DNA of 64,000 nt from Utricularia gibba. Its lineage: Eukaryota > Plantae > Magnoliophyta. The stretch is from the NCBI GenBank assembly GCA_002189035.1, contig CM007990.1, positions 930,001 through 994,000 on the forward strand. Direction: 5' to 3'. The notes under the pieces are model-generated. The model did not search any database and was not told the DNA's origin. It worked only from the letters and a program-made list of their open reading frames with translations. Shown here in pieces: positions 18,962-31,905 of this stretch; within the stretch, counting starts at the first letter, position 1; the number at the start of each line of letters is the position of its first letter. Made by a program: the position numbers and the translations under genes.

Positions 18962-21781
18962 TCAGGCAGAACTGATGTTCAAAGATGCTTTGATCTGGTT
19001 CACTGTGCTGCTGATCAGGTTGTTCACAGTCGCTACTGATTCATGGCTCATTCTTGCCGACGGCAGGCTACTCACAAGGATTTGGAACACTATAGTGGTC
19101 AGAGAGCCTGATGAGGAGGAGCTGGTGTTTGAGCTCGTGGATGCACCGTCTGCGCCGGTCCCGGGATCGTTCCCTGGCCGGCAATCGGAATAGATTGTGA
19201 ACCCTGACGGGAGTAAGGGGATGTAGGATGGGTCCTCCCCGCTCATGGCGATGTGAATCGCCTGCAAGTCCACAGGGCAGTAGACTACCAGAGAACCTGA
19301 TGAATCAATGCAGCTTTCTTGCAGAATCAGCATGCTGTTTTGGCTGGTGTTGTAGCCCTGTTGCATGCAAGACAGCAATCAGTACAGACAAGAAAAATGC
19401 AGTCTTTTTGCAATTAACTCAACAGCTTACTCTCAGGACTGAGATGCAGTTCCCTGGATGGGATCCATTGGGGATGTGAGCAATTTCTTCAACAGGGTTT
19501 TGGTTAGACAGAACATCCCACTACCAGAGACATCAGAAATGAATGAATACAACAGTTCACAATCGGAAAGACAGCTATGGCTGCTCACCTGAGGCCGGCA
19601 TCTCTCATCCCTCAAGAAATTGAAGACATTCAATGGGGAAACCGGAAGCCATATTGTTGCTGAGGCACTGATGATGACTCCATTCCGCTGGCCGGGTTCG
19701 GTGCTCCGGTGCACCGTGGTTCGGACTTCGAAATCTTGGGTAGCCGAGAGTGTGTTCAGCTGATGGCCATTAGAGGGATTGATGCTTGAGCAGAAATAGC
19801 TCACCATCCTCTGAGCTAACTTCATCATGCTTCTTTTTCCTTCTGATCTTGCAAAAGGACACACAATTCTCCATCAAAATCACTCCTTTTTCTTCATTCA
19901 AATGTGAGTGATTGTATTACGTTTACCTCCTCCAAACTCCCGAGGAGAACTCCCACTGATCATCAAAGAAAATCTCTCACACACTCTCTGCAGAGATGCT
20001 ATCCATCTTTCTGCTCCAAAGGCAAATCCACTGTGTATAATCTCTGTACAGAGCTGATGGATAGGTGCTTTGTCTTCAATTTCCCAATGTTCCACCCATG
20101 TAACCTGATAAAAACAAAGCGTTAGCAGAATGTAGCTACAGCACAATCCAGAAGAGGAAAAACAAGTGATTTCTGCCTGAAACCTTGGAGTAACCATTCT
20201 GTGTGTCTTGTATCAGACAACCAGAAGGAAGCCTGTGAGCTTTGCATGGAGAAGAGAAGTGGGATTCTTGCTGAGGGAGATCATAGGAAACATCAACAAT
20301 AGCCCACGAACCCGGTTCAATTTGCTGACAGAAACGCAGAAAGTAGACTTGTCTAGTGGGAACCAAGGCTGAAAGCAACTGAAGTTCTTCATACATCTGG
20401 GAACAGATTAGGGAATCAATTTGTGTTCAAAACTTGATTCAGATAAAGTTCTTGCTTCATTACCAACAACAATGTTCCACTCTGTCCAGATGATATCACT
20501 TCAACAGTCCTCGCCCTGGACACGATTGTAGGAAAAAGATCCACCCATTTGCCCTGCCAACAGAGGCACAAGATTATGATATCAAAGTTGCAGAAGGAGC
20601 TGCATTTTTTAGACAGGGAAGAAGAAAGCTAACCGCATCCATGAACATATCTACAAGAGCTAAACTGTTCATGATAACAACCCCAGAATCTCTGGAAGCT
20701 TCTACTCGAACATTGGGATTCTGGGGCCTCGAAAACAGTCCATGATAAGCTTCCAGATTGAGTATTTCCCTGCAATCTGAACTGGGCTTTACCCAAATCG
20801 GTTCATTGCTCTGCACCAATCTAATCAGCTCATCCAATGAGCTGGCAGCGTATTCAGCCATTATCGATTTATCGACATCGGAGAAACTCATCGGAGGAAA
20901 AGATAAATCTGTGATTCCACTGGATGAACTCCCCGGTAAAAGATCAAGGTCGAGAGACGGGCCGGGGACTCCATGGCCGCCGAAGCTGCCCATTGATAAA
21001 TCCAGGGAAGAAACGTGAATAGGCTGCATTGGTGGGAGCTGCGCGATTGGTCTTCCCATGTACTTGGCCGCGATGCTCGAAACTCTATCAAGCTACAAGA
21101 AACGACACCAGAAAGCTGTTAAGAGACGCATAGAAAAATGGAATCGAGAAGGGATCAGAGAACCTCTTGTTTCAACTGGGCGTTTTCAATACGCAGTTTT
21201 TGTTCGTCGAAGAAGGAATCCTCTGAAACTGGAGGACCGCCGCAAGTTGGGCAAATCACGTTTTTGAGGGCTTCACGAATCGCAATGTTTTCACATCTGA
21301 TCTTGTCGTTTTCGGCTCGAAGTGCGCAGTTATCTGCTCTTTCATGCTGCGCCTGTAAACAAATACAAAAATTCAGTCTTCGTCAGAAAAAAAAGGCGAC
21401 TTGTGTTTCTCTCTGTGAATCGGAGTCGTGCCTTCATCTGGGTTCTCCTATTTTGAAACCAGAATTTGATTTGACGTGGATGCAAACCAAGTTCTCTACT
21501 CAACAAATTCCTCGTTTTCTCATCTGGGTGGGGGCAATCCTTAAACATTCTAACCAAGAAATAGAAACCAGAAACAGAAGTATCAGTCTCATCCATTTCA
21601 ATGGGACCAGAAGACAGAAACAGTGCCATGACGATGCATGCAAACAGAAAACAAGAAGTTACCGTTCAAGCCGCTGGATTTGCTCCGCTGTGTGACGATG
21701 ATACCTCTTCTTCCTCCGGTGAGAATCAGAACCATCCTGGTGGTCCCCGCCGCTTGAGGCACCGCCGCCGCTGAACTCCAT
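18962..21781 (-). CDS. HDG11: HD-ZIP class IV transcription factor (HDG11/HDG12/ROC8 type), 10 exons
   Basis: Homeodomain RKKRYHRHT...[14 protein letters not shown]|[34 protein letters not shown] domain [12 protein letters not shown] and [13 protein letters not shown]-terminal [13 protein letters not shown]. Confidence 0.92.
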
Positions 21782-22561
21782 AGCCACTACGAAGGAAAGG
21801 AGGGGATTCTTTCTCTCTTACTCTCTCACCAGAAAACTCCGAGCACACAATTAATAACACCCAGCAAGATTACCGCCCATTGATCCCCCCCAAACACAAG
21901 CCTTCTTCCCCAACTAAACTCCAAGACCCAGAAGATAAAAAGGGCAGCACCTTTATATGGTAAGACGATGGGAAACAGCAATAATTCGGGAGATTGTTAA
22001 GGCACCAACCAAGTTTTCATTTTTAGCAAGTGAAATGAAAGCGTCTCCAAAGCTCTAACCTCCCAACATTCAGAAACCCGTTTCTTTCCTTCTTTCTTTC
22101 AGAGACGAAACGAAACGCCTGTGGGAGGAAGAAGGTGAACGGGGCAGGCAATAAAGAAGTAGGAAGAGAGAAAATTGTGCGTCGTAGTGATAAAATTTTT
22201 CCTGCTCTACACTACACACTACTGCACCTATCTAATACTACTACTACGAAACAGGGTGACCAGAGCTGCACTTCTCTCGTCCAAATTGCTTCACTTCCGC
22301 TGCCCTTTCTTCTTCCTTCCTTCCTTCCTTCCTCTGCGTGTGGATTGGATGCACTTAAAAACTTACATGGCGCGTCCAACTGTGACTGGGCTGAAATCCT
22401 AACCGACGGATTTATGGCAGTCTGATCCCACGGTGACAGAAAAAAGGTACAGAATTAAAGACCAGATGCAACACAGGGAAGACACAGAGAAATTACTAAA
22501 ACTTTTTTTAATATACATTTTTTTGAATATTATTTTTTCACATATTATTATTATTATTACA

Positions 22562-22569
22562 TAAATGCA
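22562..22569 (+). promoter_or_regulatory. L1 box TAAATGCA upstream of the HD-ZIP IV gene
   Basis: Exact L1 box about 780 bp upstream of the ATG. HD-ZIP IV genes are known L1-box targets, but an AT-rich 8-mer can also occur by chance. Confidence 0.35.
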
Positions 22570-25500
22570 TATTTTTTTTATAAAAAAAAGTCAAATGAAT
22601 TTTATTAAAATATCATTTGATAATAAGATATTAGTATATTTAAATATAGTGTAATTAGGTATATATATACTTAATTATATATAATGTTTGATATTCGATA
22701 ATGAAATTTGAAGTATCATTATAAGAATGATATAGTTATATAAGATAAATATAAATATATTAGTTAATTAAATAGGGTATGTATGAAATTAGATATAAAT
22801 CCACGTCACCAATAGCCAAGAAGACGACTGTTGTTTGTGAAAAAACTGAAATATAAAATAGAAAATGAGAATAAATGTCATGAAGTCAATGCTATTTTTT
22901 AATTAAATAATAATAATAAAAAAGACAGGAGATGGCAATAAATAGACCCATGGGCCCACCTGACACACCCTTATTTACCCTTTTGGTTGGTATTTATTCT
23001 GAAATAAAAATAATATAAATAATAATAGTTTTGTAATAAAAGAGGAGGAGGGCAAAAAAGAGGACAGTCGCAATTAGTTATTCATGCAAATTATACACGT
23101 AGCATGGGGCCCGCTTTCCTCCGGCGAACACCACCACTTAATGCCTGTTCCCACCGCCGCCCGCCCGCCGGGATTTCCCACTCCGGCGGATAGGGCACGC
23201 TCCCATCTTTCAATCTAGCTCTGTATTTTTTATTGCATACATACACTCAATTCAACAAAACTATATGCTTAGAGAGCTTGCAATTTTGCATGAGAGCTTA
23301 ATCTTAACAATGGTGTTGTCAAAAACTCTTTTTGAATCTCGTTTTGAGCCTGTCATGTTGATAAAAAACCAATCATCTGATGAAGATTTCAGATTCGAAT
23401 GATGTACTTATGTTAACCTTTAGGATATGTTCGTCATTATAAGTACGACATAAATATTACGATATCTTATAAATCATTATCCATATTGTCAACAATATAC
23501 TATTTCGAACCCAATCACCCTTATAGAATTTCTACTCACATTCGAATTCTCATTTTGCTTGAGCTAGTGATGCATGGCTTGATGCCAATGATGCACCATA
23601 ATGTGATCAAAGGTTGAAAATAACTCCAAAAACCATTAGATAATAATGATGATGATGATGGTGAGATTAGTTTAGGATGTTGGTAATTAAATGGAGGTAT
23701 TTAATGTGGGGATCATAACTTAATCTTGATTAATTGCACCAACACACCAATCATGAATGCGCCAAGCCTTAAACTATGTGTATTTGTGCCACACATTCGC
23801 AGGGTTTAATTCCTCAGAACTTGCTAGGGTTTGTACTCATCCCCTACCCCCATAATATTAAATTCCACCATGTAGTAAAACAAATAACCTAAAATAATAT
23901 GTACATTTTTCCTATTAAATTCTGTTTGATTGATGTTGTTTTTAAGAATCTGATGACAAAAATAAAAATGAGAATTAGAAGTAGTTGTTTTATTTCTGTT
24001 TTTGTCTGATTTTTAATTACACTAAAAAATATTTTTTTTAATCAAAAATAGAAAATATTTTATGCAAAATTATTTTGATAAAAAAAGAAATAAAAAAAAC
24101 ACTCAAAAATTTTCCGAAACGGAGTTTTAATTCATTAACCAAAAATGACTTGATATTTTTCTACCACATTGCACAAATTGAAACACAATGCCTATATCGA
24201 TACATCAAATATGATTTTGATCATTTCAAATTTGTTTCCGGATTCGAATCGATACATAATCGGTTCGGTTTTAGACCCGATTCCGAAGGGTCGGGTTTAA
24301 TTAAGGAAAAAAATGTTTTTTTTTCAAAAAAAAAAGTAGGAAAAGTGATCGATATTGTGGGATTTTCCTTTGGGGCAGCCGTCGTTTCCATGATGCTATG
24401 CCCTAACCGCCAACTGAATAATATTATTACAAGGAGGGCGCTGACCACTTGCGAATTAATTTAATGTTCGATTTATTGTCTGGGCGCGATAGATTTTATC
24501 TATTCGTTGACTTTTGAAAATATCATCTTTCGACCCCGACACTTCTCTCTATTTGCTTTTTTTGTACCAGATATTTGCAAATATTCTGATTTCGGAATCC
24601 ACAAGTCCAATCATCATCAGGTACTGGATTGATTCATTTTAAAAAAAATATTTATCCGTACGTTTTTACATCACACGTGAAGGTGAAATATTTATATTGA
24701 AAATTATCATTTTTTATATATATTATCATAAGATATTGAATATGTTTTATATTTCTTTATGAAATTAAGTTTCGACCCCGTGATATCCCAAATATTCACA
24801 TTTGGACCAGAGGGCGAAAAAAATTGAAATTCAAGAAATTTAATAATTTACTAAAAAATCATAACATCTAAATTTCTAATTTTATTATAAAATAGTTAAA
24901 AACTGAATTATTCAAAAATTAAATAGAATCACTTTAAAAAAAATTATATACATATAGTTAAAAAAATTATACTTTTGAAAAGATAGTGCACAAATTTTTT
25001 AGAATACTTTTACGTATATTTCTGTTTCTACTTTTTAATTTTGCAATTAAAAATATGAAATATGAAATATTTTATAATTATTTTTTAAAATACTGAAATA
25101 CATTTATGAAACATATATTATTAATATTTAAATAAATAAACTCATTGGTTTGTATGGAGGTGAAGATGAAAGGGAAGGGGGTCCCTCTCCCTCCGGACGG
25201 CTTGAATGGGTGAAGTGAGGAAGATGGAGAGGAGTAAAAGTGGGTTGATGAAAAGAGAACATGGGAATGGCGCGACGCAGAGAAGAGTTAAGAGACAGAT
25301 GCTGGACCAGGTAATCAAATCAAAAGATGATAACCCATCAAAGCTAAGGGGTACAGTAGTTGCAGGGACCCCCAGCCTCTGTGCGAACTGGGTGTCCTTT
25401 TCAGACACTCGTATGTTGTTGGAATTCGTTATCTGAAATCGGAAAGGGGTGCGCCGGGTGGGTTCAGTTCAGGGAAAAAGTAACAACATGAGCAGGGCGG

Positions 25501-26867
25501 GCTGGTGGCCGGATCAGGTTTTGTTCGGCCCGGAGCGGTGGCGGGGCTTAGGGACTGGGCCCGCCCGCCTTTGGCGTGGACCAACACACTGTTGGAATCG
25601 GAAGCTATGAAGAAGGATTCATCGATGTAGTAGCTCTGGTACTCTTTCTTGAACGTGGAGCGCTTGCCAATGGACGGATATTTTGCGTTCGTTGGGTTCA
25701 GTTTTGTGGAATCGTGTTGAAGATGTCTGTGCTTTGGGGCTTGTTCTCTCGGCGATGGAGTCTCTCCGGGGGCGAAAAAAATCTCTACTTGGAATCTTGT
25801 TGATGCTGCCTGTGCTCTGGGCTTGCTTTGTTATGGGGGGTGGGAGATTCATCCGTTTTTGCTTAATCTTTTCGAAAAGAATCAAAATCGGCGATGGAAA
25901 CAGATGGCCCTTTTACTCTAGGGAGGGGAAAACAACAGTTTGTTTCTGGAATAATGCTGAAGATGCCTACTTTTGCGACATAATGATGAAGGAAGTGTGA
26001 TTCCCCTATGTTGCCAACATGTTTATGTATCTGGGAGTGGCTTGTCTCTACAAAAGTTGTTCCTTTGCCGGATACTTGATCATGCTTCTCTACAAGGCAT
26101 CAATGGCAGTAACCGGAGTTGCTACTGCAACTGCATCAGAGGGGGCTTCTTTATAACTGCATCATAGGATCCATCTACCCCTGGTACTGATGTAATGCTT
26201 GAGCCTGTTGCCTCATTGAACAAAGAACATGCTGCTGTTGAGAAGATCAAAGAGGCTCATATGTTAGTCCTCTCCTTAGTGAATTCTCAATACCGAAAAC
26301 ATGGTAAAAAAAAAGTTGCATTTACTTGTTAATTCACCTCATTTGATCTTAGACCTTCGATCAAGGCAGCCCTGATCCAGAGGAACTAAAGCAGCAACCA
26401 GAGCTCACTCATAATGCTGGGATTAAGTCCATTGATAAAAAGGCAAGCATGGGCTTTGACTAACAGTTGTCTGTAGTTCAAGTAACATCAAACAGTTTAT
26501 ATGCTAAGCTCTTAGAGTGTTCATGGCATCCATTTCGCTTGACTTTTTCTGTTAAAAAATAAAGTGGGCACCTTGACAAACTGAACTCTACTTCTGCTGC
26601 TATACTCTAGAGGTTGTAGTATTCTTCGTTGGGACTTAAAACGTTTTGATTGTCGCCCTCACGGTTTGGCCCTTTGGGAGCTCGGCTGCATTGACATGGA
26701 CAGAAGATCTTTCAAAATCAATGCAATAAATGTTGCTTCCAGAAGTTTTTTGGTGTGGAATGACGTGCGAGTTACTTGGGAATATAAAAGTCACCGCCAA
26801 GCTGCCTTTTTGGATCAGCCAGCCACCTTGCTTCCCTGTGTTGCTTCTGCCTTCCGGAGCTGAAAAA

Positions 26868-28994
26868 ATGGTGGTCACGGCTACGAGTTCCGATTCCAAC
26901 CAGAATTTCAGCAGCCCTTTTGCTTCCAGATACGTCCGCTTTTCTCTCCCGAGGTACTTTTACTCCGATGAGTGATCGATCCCCTGGTTTTATCTCGGCG
27001 AACCTTCCATCGCTATGGTTGTGTTGCAGGTTCAAGATTCCGGAGGGGTCGATGCCGAAGGAGGCGGCGTATCAGATTGTGAACGATGAGTTGATGCTGG
27101 ATGGTAATCCTCGCCTGAATCTGGCTTCTTTTGTGACGACATGGATGGAGCCAGAGTGCGATAAGCTGATCATGGATTCCATTAACAAGAACTATGTTGA
27201 TATGGATGAGTACCCTGTCACCACTGAGCTCCAGGTCCCATCTCTGAATTCCCTCGCCACCTTCTTTTCTGTTAACTATAAGAATCCTTTGTCAGCTCAG
27301 TGGCTATGGCGTTTCTTGACTTGCAGAATCGATGTGTGAACATGATAGCCCATCTCTTCAACGCCCCTATCGGCGCGGAGGAGACGGCGGTGGGCGTCGG
27401 TACGGTCGGTTCATCGGAAGCCATAATGCTTGCTGGTCTTGCCTTCAAAAGGAAGTGGCAAGCAAAGAGGAAGGCAGCAGGGAAGCCTTTTGGCAAGCCA
27501 AACATTGTAACAGGAGCTAATGTGCAGGTGCCTCCCTCTCCTCATCCACCTTAGCTTGTTGACATGAAAAGAATGCATTTTCTCTGGAAATTAAAACCCA
27601 CACCACATTCCTTCCCTTCTGGTTCTCCCATTTCACCATTTCTGCAGGTTTGTTGGGAGAAATTTGCAAGATACTTTGAGGTGGAGCTGAAGGAGGTGAA
27701 GCTGAGGGAGGGATGCTATGTCCTGGATCCAGTCAAAGCAGTGGAAATGGTGGATGAGAACACCATATGCGTTGCAGCCATTCTGGGATCAACACTGACA
27801 GGGGAGTTTGAGGATGTGAAGCTTCTCAATGAACTGATATCCGAGAAAAACAAGGAAACAGGATGGGACACACCAATCCACGTGGATGCTGCTAGTGGAG
27901 GCTTCATCGCTCCATTTTTGTATCCAGAACTTGAATGGGATTTTCGACTGCAGTGGGTGAAAAGTATCAATGTTAGTGGCCATAAGTATGGCCTTGTCTA
28001 TGCTGGCATAGGGTGGGTGATATGGAGAAGCAAAGAGGACTTGCCTGAGGAGCTTGTCTTCCATATCAACTACCTTGGCTCTGATCAGCCTACTTTCACA
28101 CTCAACTTCTCCAAAGGTTAGTTACTCCACAATACTTGTTACTGCGGTTAAATTTGGAAATCTCATTTGATTAAAGGTTTTGGTTTCAGGTTCATCTCAG
28201 ATCATAGCTCAGTATTATCAATTCATCAGACTTGGTTTTGAGGTATGGAAACTCTTCTACTCATGCAGATTACTGCATCTCATGTTGCAAGCAGTTTGCT
28301 GTAAGAAACCTGATAACAGCATTTCAATACTAGGACTCCATGTCTTCTTAGCAAACACCGTCTAAGCAAGATATAACTGTTTGTTTGTGTGTTTCCCAAT
28401 GAAGGGATTTGGGACGATTGTCCCTTACAACACAAATGAAATACTGATTACAGTCTTTGTTCTGTGTTTCCACCTTTTGATCTCATGTTGTTTCTCCCTC
28501 TGGTGTCTGCAGGGGTACAGGAGCATAATGGAGAACTGCAGTGAGAACGCGAAGCTCCTGAAGGAAGGAATAGCAAGAACGGGTTGTTCAACATACTCTC
28601 CAAGGATATCGGAGTTCCACTGGTGGCCTTCTCACTCAAGAACACTTCCCATTTCACCGTCTTCCAAATCTCCGAGTCTCTGCGGCGATTCGGATGGATC
28701 GTTCCGGCGTACACGATGCCTCCGGACGCCCAACACATCGCCGTTCTCCGCGTAGTCATCAGGGAAGACTTCAGCCACGGCCTCGCCGAGAGGCTCGTCT
28801 CCGACATTGAGAAAGTTGTGAACGAGCTGCGCCTGCTGCCGCCACGAGCATCTGTTAAAACTTCCCATGTCGCTCTGGAGGATGTCGATGAAGCTGCGGC
28901 AGAAGAGAGGAAGAAGAAGGTGACCCAGACGCAGAGGGATATTTGCAGCTACTGGAGGAAGATTTCGGACAAGAAAGCTAGCGGTGTTTGCTAG
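26868..28994 (+). CDS. GAD: Glutamate decarboxylase (PLP-dependent, calmodulin-binding tail), 6 exons, with a 1-nt frameshift in the last exon as assembled
   Basis: [47 protein letters not shown] (PLP lysine), [14 protein letters not shown] and [14 protein letters not shown]. The frame breaks at 28581-28583. Confidence 0.95.
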
Positions 28995-30733
28995 TCATTG
29001 CTTGTCTGATGGCACTCCTCATCAGAGTCTTCGTCTATCTCCAGACAATCACAGGAAATGACACAATAATAAGACATGATCCATAAGTTTCCCCAAACTA
29101 GTTTTCATTGAAAAAAAACATGGAATCACTTTCATTTGCCAATTATTGGTTTATAGTACAATATATTGGTTATTTTCTTTGAAAAAATCGTAACCGTATT
29201 GAAATTATAGTTCCATAAGTATACGTGAAGTTGAAATTAAAGTATACAAAAAAAATAGATTACATTAGAAAAGATTAGCACTATGTTTTGTATAATTGTA
29301 ATCATTACTTGTATCATAAATTGATCCCGTTTTGTTATTTAATCCTAATGTATCTTCTTCTTTTTTAAATCAAAACTTAAATTAATAATAAATCCATCTT
29401 AGACACTCATGTCATGGTGTAAGTCAAATACCATATTGAAATTAATGATTCATTGGATTAGAAAAGCATATGTGAAAGCTAAAATAAATAATAAATATGG
29501 ATCACATTAAAAAAACAGATCTAACAAATTATTAGTGATTTATAACTTATTAGATACTTAACTATTTCATATTAATTTATCGATGTAGGATTATTTGTTC
29601 TAATAAACATGACACATGCCCATATTAGAACATTACGATAGCAAGTTTAATCCCATATGCTTGTCATGCTTACCCAATCAAAATCCTCGATATAAAACTA
29701 TGATTGAAAACCATGTCTTAACCCCCAATTAATTAAAAATAATAATATAAAACATACATCCATGAAAAATAAAGAGATTTAATTATTTTTAAATGATAAT
29801 TAGCGGTCTAATCAAGCATCAAATCCAAACCCATACTTATTTTTCTTTTTTTGGTAATTTTTTTAATCATTTCATAATTTAATAGATAAATAAGGTACTT
29901 AGGAGGTTAGTTGGGCGTTACATTGATGCGGGCAAGTCGCGGGTCACGTCGAACTAATGATAACTAACTTTTAACTAACGCCCTCAAAAAAGACATCCCA
30001 CTATTTTTTAAATATTAATTGAATTAATTATTTCAATTCTCAAACAAATGAACAATTTTCATTTTTTTTAAACTAAGGTTTAATTTGATTTTTTTAATAA
30101 ATGAAGAATTAGAAGATTCTAGAACTTTTGATCTTTTTCATTATTTTTTTGTGAGTTAAGAAAAATAAAATAGGGAGCATTCTTCCATTTCAAAGTTATC
30201 AAATACCAAACACTATTTTTGCTTCTTGATGTTGGAAAAAAGAAAAGCACCAAGAGAGCAACCAATCAATTCAAGAACCAATTCCATGAGAAGAGTCCTT
30301 TGGATTGATTGCTTCATATTTACATGAATGAGAAGTAGAATGCGATTGCACAACAAAAAAGAATCTAGTGACTACGACGAACGAGATGATTTTGAGTAGT
30401 AGTTATTATTTTATGATATGATATACATATGAGAAAAATAATTATTTTAAATATTGATTTTTTGTGTTAGTATGTGAGATTAAGGGATAAACCGGGACGA
30501 AAAATGGATGAGAAAATGAGATGAAAATGAAGTAAGATACCAAAATGTGATGATAAAGATGAAGATAAGTTGCCCTCAATGTCACACCTCTTTCACATTC
30601 ATCAACTTTGTCTTCTTCTGCATATTGTTTTGTTTGATATGCAAATCTGGTTTGAGTTTTCATCATCTTCTGTGTTCATATCAAAACCCTCTTCAGATCT
30701 GATGAACTAGGGTTTCTTCAGATGTAGCTTTGC

Positions 30734-31706
30734 ATGAGGGAGATGAGCAGCAGGGAGCACTGGCGGCCGGAGGAGGATGCCAAGCTGAGGCGACTGGTCG
30801 GCGCGTACGGAACTCACAACTGGAACGCCATGGCGGAGAGTCTCAAGGGAAGATCAGGTAGTTAACACAGAGGGGGTTGTTTGGGTTGCTGTGTAGGTAT
30901 TAATCCTTGGTTCAGGGAAGAGCTGCAGGCTGAGATGGTTCAATCAGCTGGACCCGAGGATAAACCGGAGCCCCTTCACGGCGGAGGAGGAAGAGAGGCT
31001 TCTGGCGTGCCACATGGTGCACGGAAACCGGTGGTCCATGATCGCGAGACACTTTCCGGGGCGAACAGATAACGCCATCAAGAACCAGTGGCATGTGATT
31101 ATGGCGAGAAAGAGGAGAAACATGGTGAGGAAGGAGGAGCAGAAAGCATCCAATATTTGCAGCACGCAGGAGGGCTCTCATCACCACAGACCTGCTACCC
31201 ACTTCACTATTCAGCTACACGATGACATCTTTTACAACAGGAACGTGGAGCAAGGTACTGAGTAACTATCTTCATTTTCTGGGTTGGAAACCAACTCCAT
31301 CCAGTGAGGGTTTTACAGAAAAAAACATGAACTCACTCCCCTTTGCCATAACAGAAAAACCATGAGCTCCTTGTTTCATATACTCAATTCACAGAGCTTT
31401 CGTGTTCTTTTCTTTGAAACAGTGTATCTTTCCTTGCCTCCGTTTCTCCCGAGAGCACCAGTTGTGGGATTTCCCTCGGCGGCACGAATGAGCCGCTGCT
31501 GTCGGCGAGGTTCTGCAGACTTTATGCAAGTTTCCGATGCGTTTGATGCAGATGCAAAGAGGGCAGGAGAGGTGGAGTTTTACGATTTTTTTCAAGGAAG
31601 AAGGGAGGTGGGGGGCACTGCTGGAGGAGCCGAGGGAAGCAAGATCAGTATTCCCTTTACAGATTTTTTACCACTTGGAAACTCTTCCTCTTACTACATC
31701 AAATGA
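30734..31706 (+). CDS. R2R3-MYB transcription factor, MYB52/MYB54 type, 3 exons
   Basis: [13 protein letters not shown]...GRSG|[29 protein letters not shown]...[29 protein letters not shown], with C-terminal EFYDFF and IPFTDFL motifs. Confidence 0.88.
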
Positions 31707-31905
31707 AACAACAATCTCAAAATTTAAGGAAAAAAAAATGCACCAATACTAATATATGATTAGGGAGGTAAATATCCAAATTTTACTGACTTTCATGTTT
31801 TATATTTTATAAAAGACACTTCATGTGAGATTAGATAGATAAATATTCAAATTTTACGATTTTATGTTTTCGTCAAAACCATGAACGCGACCACTATGGA
31901 GTCAG

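Noticed and set aside
21851-21880. 9-aa upstream ORF (MGGNLAGCY*) before the HD-ZIP IV ATG
   Set aside because: It may lie in a 5' UTR intron, and I recognise no conserved peptide uORF.
24075-24464. 129-aa and 75-aa ORFs in AT-rich intergenic DNA
   Set aside because: Low-complexity Lys/Phe-rich translation with a non-ATG start and repeat-like GGTTCGG/ACCCGA motifs; not gene-like.
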